NCBI GenBank assembly: GCA_945901125.1
Contig: CAMDKD010000001.1
Coordinates: 70,894-102,893 of the forward strand
Length of the DNA stretch: 32,000 bases
Reading direction: 5' to 3'
From: Bordetella parapertussis
Lineage (GTDB): Bacteria > Pseudomonadota > Gammaproteobacteria > Burkholderiales > Burkholderiaceae_C
The notes beneath the pieces are model-generated. The model saw nothing but the letters and a program-made list of their open reading frames with translations. It was not told where the DNA came from and made no database searches. Positions 18,767 to 28,891 of this stretch are shown in pieces. Position 1 is the stretch's first letter, and each line of letters opens with the position of its first letter. The translations under genes were made by a program, and so were the position numbers.

Positions 18767-19428
18767 ATTAGCTCAATCGCTTTCCGTTTCATAGCGTCGT
18801 TGACGTCTATATAGCATTGTGTTGTGCTGATGTTAGCGTGTCTAGCAATGCTTTGTAATACCCTAACTGACACGCCTTTGTCAGCTAAATTGGTAATCGC
18901 CGTACGACGCGGTGAATGTGAACTAGCACCATCAATCCCAACATTGCGGAATAAGTGATGGAAGAATTGGCATAGCGTGTTGCTATTCCAACCTTCAATT
19001 GGACGCTTTTGTGAATAAAACAGCTTGTCAGTAATTGATTTATACGGCACAGCTTTAACGTAAGCTTGTAGCTCTTTGCGTAGCTTATCGCTTACAAATA
19101 CTGTCCCAGTCTTGCTACCTTTAGTCTGTTCTGCGCTTAAGTAAATCTCAGCTTTAATCTTGCCCTCAGTGTCTAATACGTCCGCATAACGCAAGCTAGC
19201 ACATTCCTTAACCCTTAATGCGGCATACAGCATTGTTAAAAACATTGCCCTATTGCGTTCTGCGTGTGGACGTGTTGCCACGTAGTCCAATACCCTACGT
19301 GTTTCTGTGGCTGTTAGCGTTTTAGCTTGTTTAGACATTAGTGCTCTCCTTAATGTAAGCTTTTCAATGTCTAAAGTGTATTTTCTTTGTTTCTTAATTC
19401 CTACCGATTTTTTGTCAAGCTGTGTCAA
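18763..19428 (-). CDS. small tyrosine recombinase (catalytic domain with a short N-terminus)
   Basis: 221 aa. The catalytic signature residues, in order, are R (AALRVKE), HxxR (SSHSPRRTAIT), H (IARHANI) and Y (TTQCYIDV). Its stop overlaps the convergent 267-aa gene's stop by 2 nt; the two convergent ORFs overlap over 18763-18766 (CTTAAA). Confidence 0.85.
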   Translation of the reverse strand: MTQLDKKSVGIKKQRKYTLDIEKLTLRRALMSKQAKTLTATETRRVLDYVATRPHAERNRAMFLTMLYAALRVKECASLRYADVLDTEGKIKAEIYLSAEQTKGSKTGTVFVSDKLRKELQAYVKAVPYKSITDKLFYSQKRPIEGWNSNTLCQFFHHLFRNVGIDGASSHSPRRTAITNLADKGVSVRVLQSIARHANISTTQCYIDVNDAMKRKAIELI

Positions 19429-19471
19429 TTAGAAATCCTCAATGATTACGCCAACTTAGCGTATGAATAGC

Positions 19472-19505
19472 AAAAAACCAAAGCTTTTACTTATTAGCTT
19501 TGGTT
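19472..19505 (-). terminator. candidate Rho-independent terminator (minus strand) downstream of the rep-like gene
   Basis: AACCAAAGCT (19476-19485) pairs perfectly with AGCTTTGGTT (19496-19505) around a 10-nt loop. On the minus strand the stem is followed by TTTT. Confidence 0.5.
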
Positions 19506-19827
19506 CTGTATTTATTGGATTTTGAAGCTGATTGCGTGATTTTTAAGCAGACTTACGTATAAGCCCTACACGCTGTTTTAAGCTAGCCCAGCTACCCAAG
19601 CTTAGCTCAGCTTGCTTTAAGCGTTTGTAGCTTGTTTAATTCAGCCTACTGTAGCTTTGCTGTTGTAGACACGCTCAGTGTTAGCTTTACTCTGTTACTT
19701 TAAGTTTAAGTTTTGACTGTTTCAGTGTTAGCTTTAAGTGTTTACTAGAATTTAGACAAAGCTTCGCCAATTAAAGCTAACAAGCTTTATTAAAATCAGC
19801 AAGATCCAAACGTGGGCGTTAGTGCTG
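19506..19827. other. iteron-like, AT-rich noncoding region (candidate origin: dso or oriT)
   Basis: There is no ORF of 60 aa or more. TCAGTGTTAGCTTTA is repeated exactly at 19675-19689 and 19722-19736. CTTTAAG and TAGCTT/AGCTTAGCT motifs also recur. The region lies directly downstream of the HUH Rep-like gene. Confidence 0.4.
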
Positions 19828-20352
19828 TTAAGCTAAGTGCCAAAGCACGTTATCCGTGTCTTTAGTACCTAGTTCTTTTGTGATGTATTCCATCCAACCG
19901 CTATCTGTAATATCAACCTTATGCTCAGCGTCAATATGTTCAACGTGTAGTTTCGCGTTTGTAACAAGCGTATCAAATTGATTAAACTTAACGTGACTTG
20001 GTAAACCGCCAATAGCAAAGTGTAAGTGTAAGTTTTTGCTACTACGCTCACCCTCAACTACTGGTAGATACATAAGCGTGTATCCAAACTTGTCAGCGTT
20101 ACGCTTACCAAATACTTGTCTGTTTAGTTTTTGTGTAAAGCGTTTAGCAATACGCTCACAGTCAGTACGTGTCAGCTTACGCTTATACGTGCCTCTGTCA
20201 GTTGTTTCTACAATAGTCTGCTTGAGTGTTAATGTTAGAGCTAGCGGAAATTCCTTACTCATACCACTTAACCACGTGCGTGTTGCCGCCTTTTGCGTCG
20301 GCAAGGCGTTTGGGTTATAGGCTGTACGAATGCGTATTTCTTGTAGTTTCAT
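19828..20352 (-). CDS. HUH-superfamily rolling-circle Rep/relaxase-like protein
   Basis: Three RCR motifs occur in canonical order: motif I LALTLTLK, motif II (HUH) NLHLHFAIGG and motif III (YxxK) WMEYITKEL. The start is taken as ATG 20352 (MKLQEI); the track uses TTG 20367. Confidence 0.6.
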   Translation of the reverse strand: MKLQEIRIRTAYNPNALPTQKAATRTWLSGMSKEFPLALTLTLKQTIVETTDRGTYKRKLTRTDCERIAKRFTQKLNRQVFGKRNADKFGYTLMYLPVVEGERSSKNLHLHFAIGGLPSHVKFNQFDTLVTNAKLHVEHIDAEHKVDITDSGWMEYITKELGTKDTDNVLWHLA

Positions 20353-20372
20353 ACTAGTATTTAGCAAGAACC

Positions 20373-20396
20373 AAAGGAAACAAGATATTTTCCTTT
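20373..20396. promoter_or_regulatory. perfect 8-bp inverted repeat in the divergent rep / 145-aa-gene control region (candidate operator)
   Basis: AAAGGAAA (20373-20380), an 8-nt spacer and TTTCCTTT (20389-20396), located between the divergent starts at 20352/20367 and 20458. Confidence 0.3.
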
Positions 20397-20457
20397 AGGT
20401 TGTCCTTAACGTAATCTGAAACTACAGTACAAATTCCTTAACTAAACGGAGATTTGT

Positions 20458-20895
20458 ATGTCAGTTATTGCCAAACTAAAGCTTATTGCTAGCAAACGCG
20501 AGCATAACCATAACCCTATTATTGTTCGTCGCAATAAACTTGCTTTGAAACTAGATGAACAACTAGCACTTTGTACAGCACAAAAAGAAGGACGTTTGTA
20601 CGCACCTAAGCGTATTAAGACTGTGACTAACGCTGATGGTGAACGTGTAAGTGTTGAAACTACCAAGCGTGTTAAAGAATGGTTTTGGACTACGAGCACA
20701 GGCAAGATTAACTTGGCTGTGCGCTATGGTAGCAAAGTGCTGGAGCTTAGCAAGGGTAAGAATGCGATTGAATTGAGTACGGGTGAAGAGCTTATCGCCA
20801 CTTTGAGTTTGCTTAAAGATGCTGTTATTGCTGGCGAACTGGATGACGCTATTACTAACGCAAGCGATAAGTTACGTTCTGGCTTTTCTAAATGA
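20458..20895 (+). CDS. hypothetical protein, 145 aa (resembles proteins seen next to integrases in genomic islands; family not named)
   Basis: The ORF has an upstream GGAG, is divergent from rep, and shows charged helical composition (KRVKEWFWTTSTGKINLAVRYGSKVLELSKGKNAIEL). Confidence 0.55.
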   Translation: MSVIAKLKLIASKREHNHNPIIVRRNKLALKLDEQLALCTAQKEGRLYAPKRIKTVTNADGERVSVETTKRVKEWFWTTSTGKINLAVRYGSKVLELSKGKNAIELSTGEELIATLSLLKDAVIAGELDDAITNASDKLRSGFSK

Positions 20896-20901
20896 TTGAT
20901 T

Positions 20902-20929
20902 AAGGACTGGCTACCAATAGTCAGTCCTT
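20902..20929 (+). terminator. weak hairpin after the 145-aa gene
   Basis: AAGGACTG and CAGTCCTT form a perfect 8-bp stem around a 12-nt loop, followed by GTCTTCTATTCTC. The U-tract is poor. Confidence 0.3.
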
Positions 20930-20968
20930 GTCTTCTATTCTCGCTAAATATAAGAATAGGAGACAATT

Positions 20969-21490
20969 ATGCGGATTAGTGAGATAACAGACGCACAAGG
21001 GCAGTTGGAGTTACTACGCACAGTAATTGACAACACTTGGACAGCAATAGCACAGCAGGCGGAACAAGAGAAACGTGCTGAGGCTGAACGTAAGGAAAAA
21101 GCTAAGCTTAAGCCACGTAGTCATAAGCCTATATCCATTCCTAAAGCACCTTCACCACCCCCACTTAAAAAGCCTAAGCCACCCCTAAGTAAACAACCAA
21201 CCCCCACACCTAATGTACCCAACCCTAACAAAGCAAATACCATAACTCCTGTACGTAGCACAACAAAACCTATACCCAATTTTCAACCCCAAGCTAACCC
21301 CCAACTTAAGCCCTTACCTAATAACGCACCTACGTCAGTACAAAACACGCCTAATCCGCCAAAAGATGGGTATTTAGACAAGAATATAGGCGTAATTAAA
21401 AAAGACGAACGTGGGGATGAAAGGCATAGTAAAAATGGTATACGCACTCTTAAAAAATTACCGCGCAATTTTCAGTACCCAAGTACTTAA
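20969..21490 (+). CDS. proline-rich low-complexity protein, 173 aa
   Basis: RBS AGGAG lies 6 nt upstream. The N-terminal helical/coiled segment (QQAEQEKRAEAERKEKAK) is followed by about 90 aa of P/K/N/T-rich sequence (KAPSPPPLKKPKPPLSKQPTPTPNVPNPN). Confidence 0.5.
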   Translation: MRISEITDAQGQLELLRTVIDNTWTAIAQQAEQEKRAEAERKEKAKLKPRSHKPISIPKAPSPPPLKKPKPPLSKQPTPTPNVPNPNKANTITPVRSTTKPIPNFQPQANPQLKPLPNNAPTSVQNTPNPPKDGYLDKNIGVIKKDERGDERHSKNGIRTLKKLPRNFQYPST

Positions 21491-21534
21491 GCTTTTGGGG
21501 TGGTGATTTTTTACCTATACCCCCACCTTATAGC

Positions 21535-22824
21535 TTACTTAGGAATCAGTAAGCCATCTTTGTAATAGTACTGTGGCATAGCGTTTTCTATCATCTTGCG
21601 TTCTGTCGTATGGTAATAAGTCTTCTCAATTTGAGCCGTACTTGTTCCACAAGTTTCAGCTACTTGAGTTGGTGAAGCGCCCTTATTAATCATATCGGTA
21701 ATGAAGTAGTGGCGGAAACTATACGGCACTAAATCTCTCACTTCTCTATTCTCAATTTCACAGCGTGTGAGTATCTCGTCAAAGTGGTAAAGGATTACAC
21801 GTGGAGTTAAAGCACTTAAGCCGTCCGTACTAAACGCTAATGTTTTGGCAAATGGCGTTGCTTTCTTGTTGTCTTTATGCGCCTTAGCGTATCTCGTATG
21901 TAGGAATGTGTATAAGTCACTAAAGTATTCCCAATCCTTTATTACAAAGCTCCTCGTCTTCCTAACCTTAGTTGTCTTGCCTCTTACCGTTATCTTTACT
22001 AAGCTGTAAGGATTTCCGTCTTCTTCCCCTTTAACGTGCTTTTCCATCCAGCTAATGTCAGCCCAAGTTAGCTGTAATTGCTCCCCTCTACGTAAGCCAG
22101 TAATGATTGCTATAAGCAAATAATAGGCTGTAATGACTTTATTAAGATTGCCATACAAGCTTAAGTCTTGCTTGGCTTCTTTAATATAGCTTTCAAGCTC
22201 AGTCTTAATGGCAACTATTTCTTCGTCTGTAAATGTGTTGCGCCTGTTCTTTTCATCACCTGTATCTACTTTAGGTAGCTTCTTAAAGTCAAATGCTTCA
22301 ATATAAGTTTCGCCACGCTTATGTAGCCAACTCATCATTGCGTTAATCGTACTTTGTTCGTTAAGTATGGTTGTACGACTGACTGGTAATTTCTTTTTAT
22401 TCTTCGTACGTTCGTGAAAATAGTTCTCACAGTCTGTACGTTCCATCTCCTTAAGCTTGGTGTCTTTGCCAATAAACTTAAGCCAATGCTCTAAGTGTGT
22501 TTTGATAGTGCTAAGCCTACCTTTAACGATTAACTCTGCTTCAGCATCTTTAGCTCTTTGCTTAACGTACTCCTCTACACCTTGCTTAGATGTCATTGAA
22601 AAGTACGTCTTGCCTGCTAATTGCTGTGCCATTAGCTCGTGATAGTACTTCTTAGCCTTTGCCTCTGCTGTATCTCTATTTCTTGTTCGTAGACTGAAAC
22701 GTGCGTACTTCTTTTCCTTAGCCAACCACATACGCATCTGCCAATACTCACCTCGTGTGTAGATTAAGGCTTCTTCGTAAATGGCTATTTCATTGGGCTT
22801 TAATGATGGTTTTTTTAGTGGCAT
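21535..22824 (-). CDS. int: tyrosine integrase (phage-integrase family) of the island
   Basis: 429 aa. The catalytic residues are R in GLRRGEQLQLTWADI, box II in PYSFRHYFITDMINKG, and Tyr in IEKTYYH. The gene is 160 nt from the guaA stop and runs in the same direction as guaA. Confidence 0.9.
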   Translation of the reverse strand: MPLKKPSLKPNEIAIYEEALIYTRGEYWQMRMWLAKEKKYARFSLRTRNRDTAEAKAKKYYHELMAQQLAGKTYFSMTSKQGVEEYVKQRAKDAEAELIVKGRLSTIKTHLEHWLKFIGKDTKLKEMERTDCENYFHERTKNKKKLPVSRTTILNEQSTINAMMSWLHKRGETYIEAFDFKKLPKVDTGDEKNRRNTFTDEEIVAIKTELESYIKEAKQDLSLYGNLNKVITAYYLLIAIITGLRRGEQLQLTWADISWMEKHVKGEEDGNPYSLVKITVRGKTTKVRKTRSFVIKDWEYFSDLYTFLHTRYAKAHKDNKKATPFAKTLAFSTDGLSALTPRVILYHFDEILTRCEIENREVRDLVPYSFRHYFITDMINKGASPTQVAETCGTSTAQIEKTYYHTTERKMIENAMPQYYYKDGLLIPK

Positions 22825-22984
22825 ATGGGATTAAAGTTACCTACGAAATTGAATAGCTACAGTTTTGTGTAGCTTTACGTGTAACTTTAATTCCACTGCC
22901 TAATAAAATCAAGCACTTGTTTGACTTGTGAAAGTTTTGTGTAACTACAAAACCTATATAAATCAAGTACTTATATAAAGAAAA

Positions 22985-22996
22985 CTACTCCCACTC
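22985..22996. repeat. proximal att copy, forming the present guaA stop and last three codons
   Basis: CTACTCCCACTC is the complement of GAG TGG GAG TAG. It pairs with 15401-15412. Confidence 0.6.
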
Positions 22997-24637
22997 TATC
23001 GTCGCCGGCGGTTTGCTGCTCACATCCATCACCACCCTGTTGATACCGCGCACTTCGTTGATGATGCGCCCCGATACTTTTTTGAGCAAACCATAGGGCA
23101 ATTCAGCCCAATCTGCCGTCATAAAGTCGCTGGTGATGACTGCGCGCAAGGCCACCACGTAATCGTAGGTGCGGCCATCGCCCATGACACCGACAGACTT
23201 CACCGGCAGAAAAACAGCGAACGCCTGGCTGGTGGCTTCGTACCAATTGCGTGGCGCTTGCGTGCCGCCGAATGCCACGGCTGACACATCGCCAGTGAAC
23301 GGCGTGTTTCGCAGTTCTTCTATGAAGATGGCATCTGCTCTGCGCAGCAAATCTGCATATTCAGATTTCACTTCGCCGAGTATGCGAACGCCCAAACCAG
23401 GCCCGGGAAACGGATGGCGGTACACCATGTCGTAAGGCAGTCCCAGTGCCACGCCGAGTTCGCGCACTTCGTCTTTGAACAAATCGCGCAGCGGCTCTAA
23501 CAATTTCAAACCGAGTTGCTCAGGCAAACCACCGACGTTGTGGTGGCTTTTGATGGTGACAGCTTTTTTGCTTTTCGCGCCGCCGCTCTCAATCACGTCA
23601 GGGTAAATCGTGCCTTGCGCCAAGTAGGTGGCGCCCTTGTGTCCGCCGTCCCCTGCTTTGAGTTTGGCCGCTTGCTCTTTGAACACAGTAACAAATTCAG
23701 CGCCAATGATTTTGCGTTTGGCCTCGGGGTCGCTGACACCTGCGAGCTTGCCTAAAAACAATTCGCTGGCATCCACACGTATGACGCGCGCATGCAGTTG
23801 GCCTGCAAACATTTGCATGACCGCATCGCCTTCGTTCAGTCGCAATAAACCGTGATCGACAAACACGCAGGTCAGTTGATCGCCGATGGCGCGGTGTATC
23901 AAGGCCGCAGCCACCGATGAATCCACGCCGCCGGACAAGCCCAGAATCACTTCTTCATCGCCGACTTGTTGACGGATACGCGCCACGGCTTCATCCACAT
24001 AACCGGTCATCACCCAATCGGCCTTGGTGTGGCAAATATCCAGCACAAAGCGATGCAGCATGGCTTTGCCTTGCACCGTGTGTGTCACTTCAGGGTGAAA
24101 TTGAACACCGTAAAAATGCCGCGCCTCGTCGGCGATCCCAGCGATTGGACAACTGTCGGTGCTGGCCATCAGTTTGAAGCCGGGCGGCAACTCTGTCACT
24201 TTGTCGCCGTGGCTCATCCACACTTTCAGCATGCCGTGGCCTTCAGGCGTGGTGAAGTCTGCAATGTCTTTGAGCAAAGCTGTGTGGCCGCGCGCGCGCA
24301 CTTCGGCGTAGCCGAATTCACGCTGATGCCCGCTTTCCACTTTGCCGCCGAGTTGCTGCGCCATGGTTTGCATACCGTAGCAAATGCCAAGCACCGGAAT
24401 GCCCAACTCGAACACCAATGACGGCGCGCTGTCTGTGTCGTCTTCATAAACGCTTGCGTGGCTGCCGGACAAAATAATGCCTTTGAGCATGCCGTCAGCA
24501 GCGTAGTCACGCAGCCATTCGTTGGTCACATCGCAGGGATGGACTTCGCAATACACATGCGCTTCGCGCACTCGCCGCGCGATCAGTTGCGTGACTTGCG
24601 AGCCGAAATCAAGAATCAGGATTTTGTGGTGTGCCAT
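22985..24637 (-). CDS. guaA: GMP synthase (glutamine-hydrolysing)
   Basis: 550 aa. It has [22 protein letters not shown], the GATase Cys in GICYGMQ, the ATP-PPase P-loop LSGGVDSSV, and the C-terminus KPPATIEWE. Confidence 0.97.
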   Translation of the reverse strand: MAHHKILILDFGSQVTQLIARRVREAHVYCEVHPCDVTNEWLRDYAADGMLKGIILSGSHASVYEDDTDSAPSLVFELGIPVLGICYGMQTMAQQLGGKVESGHQREFGYAEVRARGHTALLKDIADFTTPEGHGMLKVWMSHGDKVTELPPGFKLMASTDSCPIAGIADEARHFYGVQFHPEVTHTVQGKAMLHRFVLDICHTKADWVMTGYVDEAVARIRQQVGDEEVILGLSGGVDSSVAAALIHRAIGDQLTCVFVDHGLLRLNEGDAVMQMFAGQLHARVIRVDASELFLGKLAGVSDPEAKRKIIGAEFVTVFKEQAAKLKAGDGGHKGATYLAQGTIYPDVIESGGAKSKKAVTIKSHHNVGGLPEQLGLKLLEPLRDLFKDEVRELGVALGLPYDMVYRHPFPGPGLGVRILGEVKSEYADLLRRADAIFIEELRNTPFTGDVSAVAFGGTQAPRNWYEATSQAFAVFLPVKSVGVMGDGRTYDYVVALRAVITSDFMTADWAELPYGLLKKVSGRIINEVRGINRVVMDVSSKPPATIEWE

Positions 24638-24675
24638 GGAAGTTCTGAAATGCAGACAGTCATGTCAAAGGGAAG

Positions 24676-26577
<1,902 letters not shown>

Positions 26578-26581
<4 letters not shown>

Positions 26582-27012
26582 CGCTGGTACACCGCTTCCG
26601 CACGTTTGATAAAGGCATCGACCAGGGTGGAAGCGATTTTGTCGAACACCGGTCCAACGATGGCGCCGAACATGGAATCGAAGCTGTAAGAGAGTTTCAG
26701 CTCGACGCGGCAGGCTTGCTCTTCGCCCACAGGGATAAAGTCCCACACGCCAGAAAGATGTTTGAAAGGCCCGTCGATCAAATCGAGTTTGACTTGTCGC
26801 CCGTCAATATGCGTGTTGGCAGTGGTGAAACTTTTGTGCAAACCGCCGAACGCCATGCCTATGCGCGCTGTCATGCCGTCGTCTGTGGTGGTGAGAATAT
26901 CGGCCTTGTCGCACCAAGGCAGAAACTGCGGGTACGAGGGCACATCGACGATCAAATCGAACATTTCCCGGGCGCTGAACCAGATCAATACAGACTTCTC
27001 AACGGTTTTCAT
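26578..27012 (-). CDS. ratA: SRPBCC-family RatA / Coq10-like protein
   Basis: Trimmed to ATG 27012 ([34 protein letters not shown]), giving 144 aa. It is divergent from smpB, as in many proteobacteria. Confidence 0.8.
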
Positions 27013-27082
27013 AGAATGCAGTTCATGCCACACTGGCGTTGCGGGCGATTGTAAAGACCCCGTTGTATCCAATTTCCCTCTT

Positions 27083-27556
27083 ATGGCCAGCAAAACTGCA
27101 CCCCAAACCCGTATCGCGGACAACAAAAAAGCCGCCTTCAACTACTTTTTCGAGGAACGCCTGGAAGCAGGCATGGTCTTGGAAGGGTGGGAAGTCAAAG
27201 CTGCGCGCGAGGGAAAAGTGCAGTTGACCGACGGCTACGTGGTGATTCGCAGCGGCGAGATGTACGTCATCGGTTGTCAAATCAACCCCTTGAAAACCGC
27301 GTCCACCCACGTGAACCCGGACGCCATACGCTCGCGCAAATTGCTGCTTCACAAAGAAGAAATCCGGCGCTTGATCGGCAAGGTCGAGCAAAAAGGCTAT
27401 ACGCTGGTGCCGCTGAATTTGCATTGGAAGAACGGACGCATCAAATGTGAAATCGCACTGGCAAAGGGCAAGGCCGAACACGATAAGCGCGACACCATCA
27501 AGGACCGTGAAGGCAAGCGCGAAGTCGAACGCGCCATGAAACAACGCACCCGCTGA
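27083..27556 (+). CDS. smpB: SsrA-binding protein SmpB
   Basis: Trimmed to ATG 27083 ([39 protein letters not shown]), giving 157 aa, with a basic C-tail. The longer track ORF overlaps ratA on the opposite strand. Confidence 0.95.
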   Translation: MASKTAPQTRIADNKKAAFNYFFEERLEAGMVLEGWEVKAAREGKVQLTDGYVVIRSGEMYVIGCQINPLKTASTHVNPDAIRSRKLLLHKEEIRRLIGKVEQKGYTLVPLNLHWKNGRIKCEIALAKGKAEHDKRDTIKDREGKREVERAMKQRTR

Positions 27557-27562
27557 AGCCGC

Positions 27563-28240
27563 TCAATCCACCCAGGACGCGCGCCCTGCCTGCATCATCA
27601 AACGCCGCTCGCAGCGCTTGGACAAAGCCTGGTCATGAGTGACAAGCACCAGCGTGGTACCCAATTCTCTGTTTAACTCAAGCATCAACTGCATGATGGT
27701 CTCGCCGGTGGCGTGGTCCAGGCTGCCGGTGGGCTCGTCTGCCAAAAGCACTTGCGGCTTGACCACAAAAGCGCGCGCCAGTGCCACGCGCTGCTGCTCG
27801 CCGCCACTCATCACCTTGGGGTAATGGTTTAAACGCTCCGCCAGTCCGACACGCACCAAGATGTCTTTGGCCACGGGTTTGGGGTCGGGATGAGCAGCAA
27901 GCTCCAAGGGCAGCATGACGTTTTCAAGCGCAGTCAAGGCCGACAGCAATTGAAAGCTTTGAAACACAAAGCCTATGTGTTGAGACCGTAAACCAGCCCT
28001 GTCGTCTTCGTTCAAGGCAAACATATCCTGGCCGGCCAGATGCACCGTTCCTTGCGTCGGCGTGTCCAGTCCGGCAATGATGGCCAGCAAAGTGCTTTTG
28101 CCCGAGCCTGAAGCGCCGACGATGGCCACAGTTTGCTGAGGATCTAACTCGAAATCGATATCGCGGAGAATGTCCAAGGTACCGGTGGCATCGGTGACCG
28201 ATTTGTACAAATGAGAGACAGCAATCAGTGGTGAGGACAT
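27563..28240 (-). CDS. ABC transporter ATP-binding protein (YbbA/LolD-like)
   Basis: Walker A is GASGSGKST, the signature is [14 protein letters not shown] and Walker B is [12 protein letters not shown]. It is divergent from a tesA-like gene, as in E. coli tesA-ybbA. Confidence 0.85.
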   Translation of the reverse strand: MSSPLIAVSHLYKSVTDATGTLDILRDIDFELDPQQTVAIVGASGSGKSTLLAIIAGLDTPTQGTVHLAGQDMFALNEDDRAGLRSQHIGFVFQSFQLLSALTALENVMLPLELAAHPDPKPVAKDILVRVGLAERLNHYPKVMSGGEQQRVALARAFVVKPQVLLADEPTGSLDHATGETIMQLMLELNRELGTTLVLVTHDQALSKRCERRLMMQAGRASWVD

Positions 28241-28243
28241 TCA

Positions 28244-28891
28244 GTGAGATCCGTGTTGAGACGCAGAGACTTTAACTTGCAAGCCTTAAGCCTGTGCGCT
28301 TCGGGTCTATCGCCCGCCGTGCTGCGGGCCGCAGAACGAAAAACCATGTTGATCGTCGGCGACTCTTTGAGCGCCGAATACGGCATCGCTCGCGGCAGCG
28401 GTTGGGTGGCCTTGCTGGCCGCTCAACTTGCCAAAGATAAACCGCAATGGCAGGTGGTCAATGCCAGCATCAGCGGCGACACCACTGCCGGCGGACTGGC
28501 TCGCCTACCGGCTTTGCTGCAACAACACCAGCCGTCACTGGTGGTCATTGAACTCGGCGGCAATGATGCGTTGCGCGGTTTTTCATTGAAGATGACTGAG
28601 GGCAATTTGACAGGCATGATCACTGCCTGTCAGAAAATCAAAGCTTCAGTTTTGTTAATCGGTATGCAGGTGCCGCCCAATTACGGCGAGGGTTATGCCA
28701 AGGATTTCAGCCGTATGTTTCAAACCATCAGTCAAAAACAAAAGACATTGCTGGTGCCTTTTTTGCTCAAAGGCATTGCCGATGCAGCAGACCCGACAGC
28801 CTTGTTTCAAGCGGACCGCATACACCCCAAGGCCGAAGCGCATCCGCTGATACTGGCGAATGTCTGGCCTGTGTTGAAGAAGATGCTCTGA
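28244..28891 (+). CDS. SGNH/GDSL arylesterase, TesA-like (thioesterase I / lysophospholipase L1)
   Basis: Block I is LIVGDSLSAEYG, followed by ELGGNDALRG and DRIHP (DxxH). The GTG start gives an RRRDF-containing signal-like N-terminus. The start is uncertain. Confidence 0.8.
   Translation: MRSVLRRRDFNLQALSLCASGLSPAVLRAAERKTMLIVGDSLSAEYGIARGSGWVALLAAQLAKDKPQWQVVNASISGDTTAGGLARLPALLQQHQPSLVVIELGGNDALRGFSLKMTEGNLTGMITACQKIKASVLLIGMQVPPNYGEGYAKDFSRMFQTISQKQKTLLVPFLLKGIADAADPTALFQADRIHPKAEAHPLILANVWPVLKKML

Larger units (their letters stand above)
15401..22996. mobile_element. ~7.6 kb AT-rich integrative island inserted in the 3' end of guaA (integrative, possibly replicative or mobilizable element)
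   Basis: Composition changes sharply: sampled lines are about 20-45% G+C inside versus about 53-60% outside. An integrase gene lies next to the guaA stop and runs in the same direction. The guaA tail (complement GAGTGGGAGTAG at 22985-22996) is duplicated as GAGTGGGAATAA (complement of 15401-15412). Shared short motifs occur at both ends. Confidence 0.8.

Noticed and set aside
20026-20043. GTGTAAGTTTTTGCTACT inside rep, which resembles the attL arm motif GTGTAAGTTTTGTGCTACT (15474-15492)
   Set aside because: It is the coding sequence of the HUH motif (N-L-H-L-H-F on the minus strand) and needs an indel to align, so it is probably coincidental. A similar 9-mer also occurs by chance in host DNA at about 13809.
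15401-22996. Island interpreted as a prophage or phage satellite
   Set aside because: It encodes no capsid, terminase, portal, tail, lysis or primase-helicase genes and is only 7.6 kb long. The combination of an integrase, an HUH Rep and a second recombinase fits an integrative, mobilizable or replicative element better. Satellite status cannot be fully excluded without homology searches.
27557-27562. tmRNA (ssrA) or a tRNA gene expected near smpB or at the island border
   Set aside because: smpB is followed after 6 nt by the convergent ABC ATPase gene. The island borders lie in the guaA coding end, not in a tRNA. I could identify no cloverleaf-like or tmRNA-like sequence anywhere in the noncoding regions.
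28240-28244. Divergent start codons of the ABC ATPase and tesA-like genes only 3 nt apart, considered as an annotation error or unusual regulation
   Set aside because: The GTG start of the esterase gives a plausible signal-like N-terminus that precedes the GDSL block. The only in-frame ATG (28346) would remove that signal. The same divergent tesA-ybbA arrangement is known in enterobacteria, so this is probably ordinary, with promoters lying within the neighbouring coding sequences.
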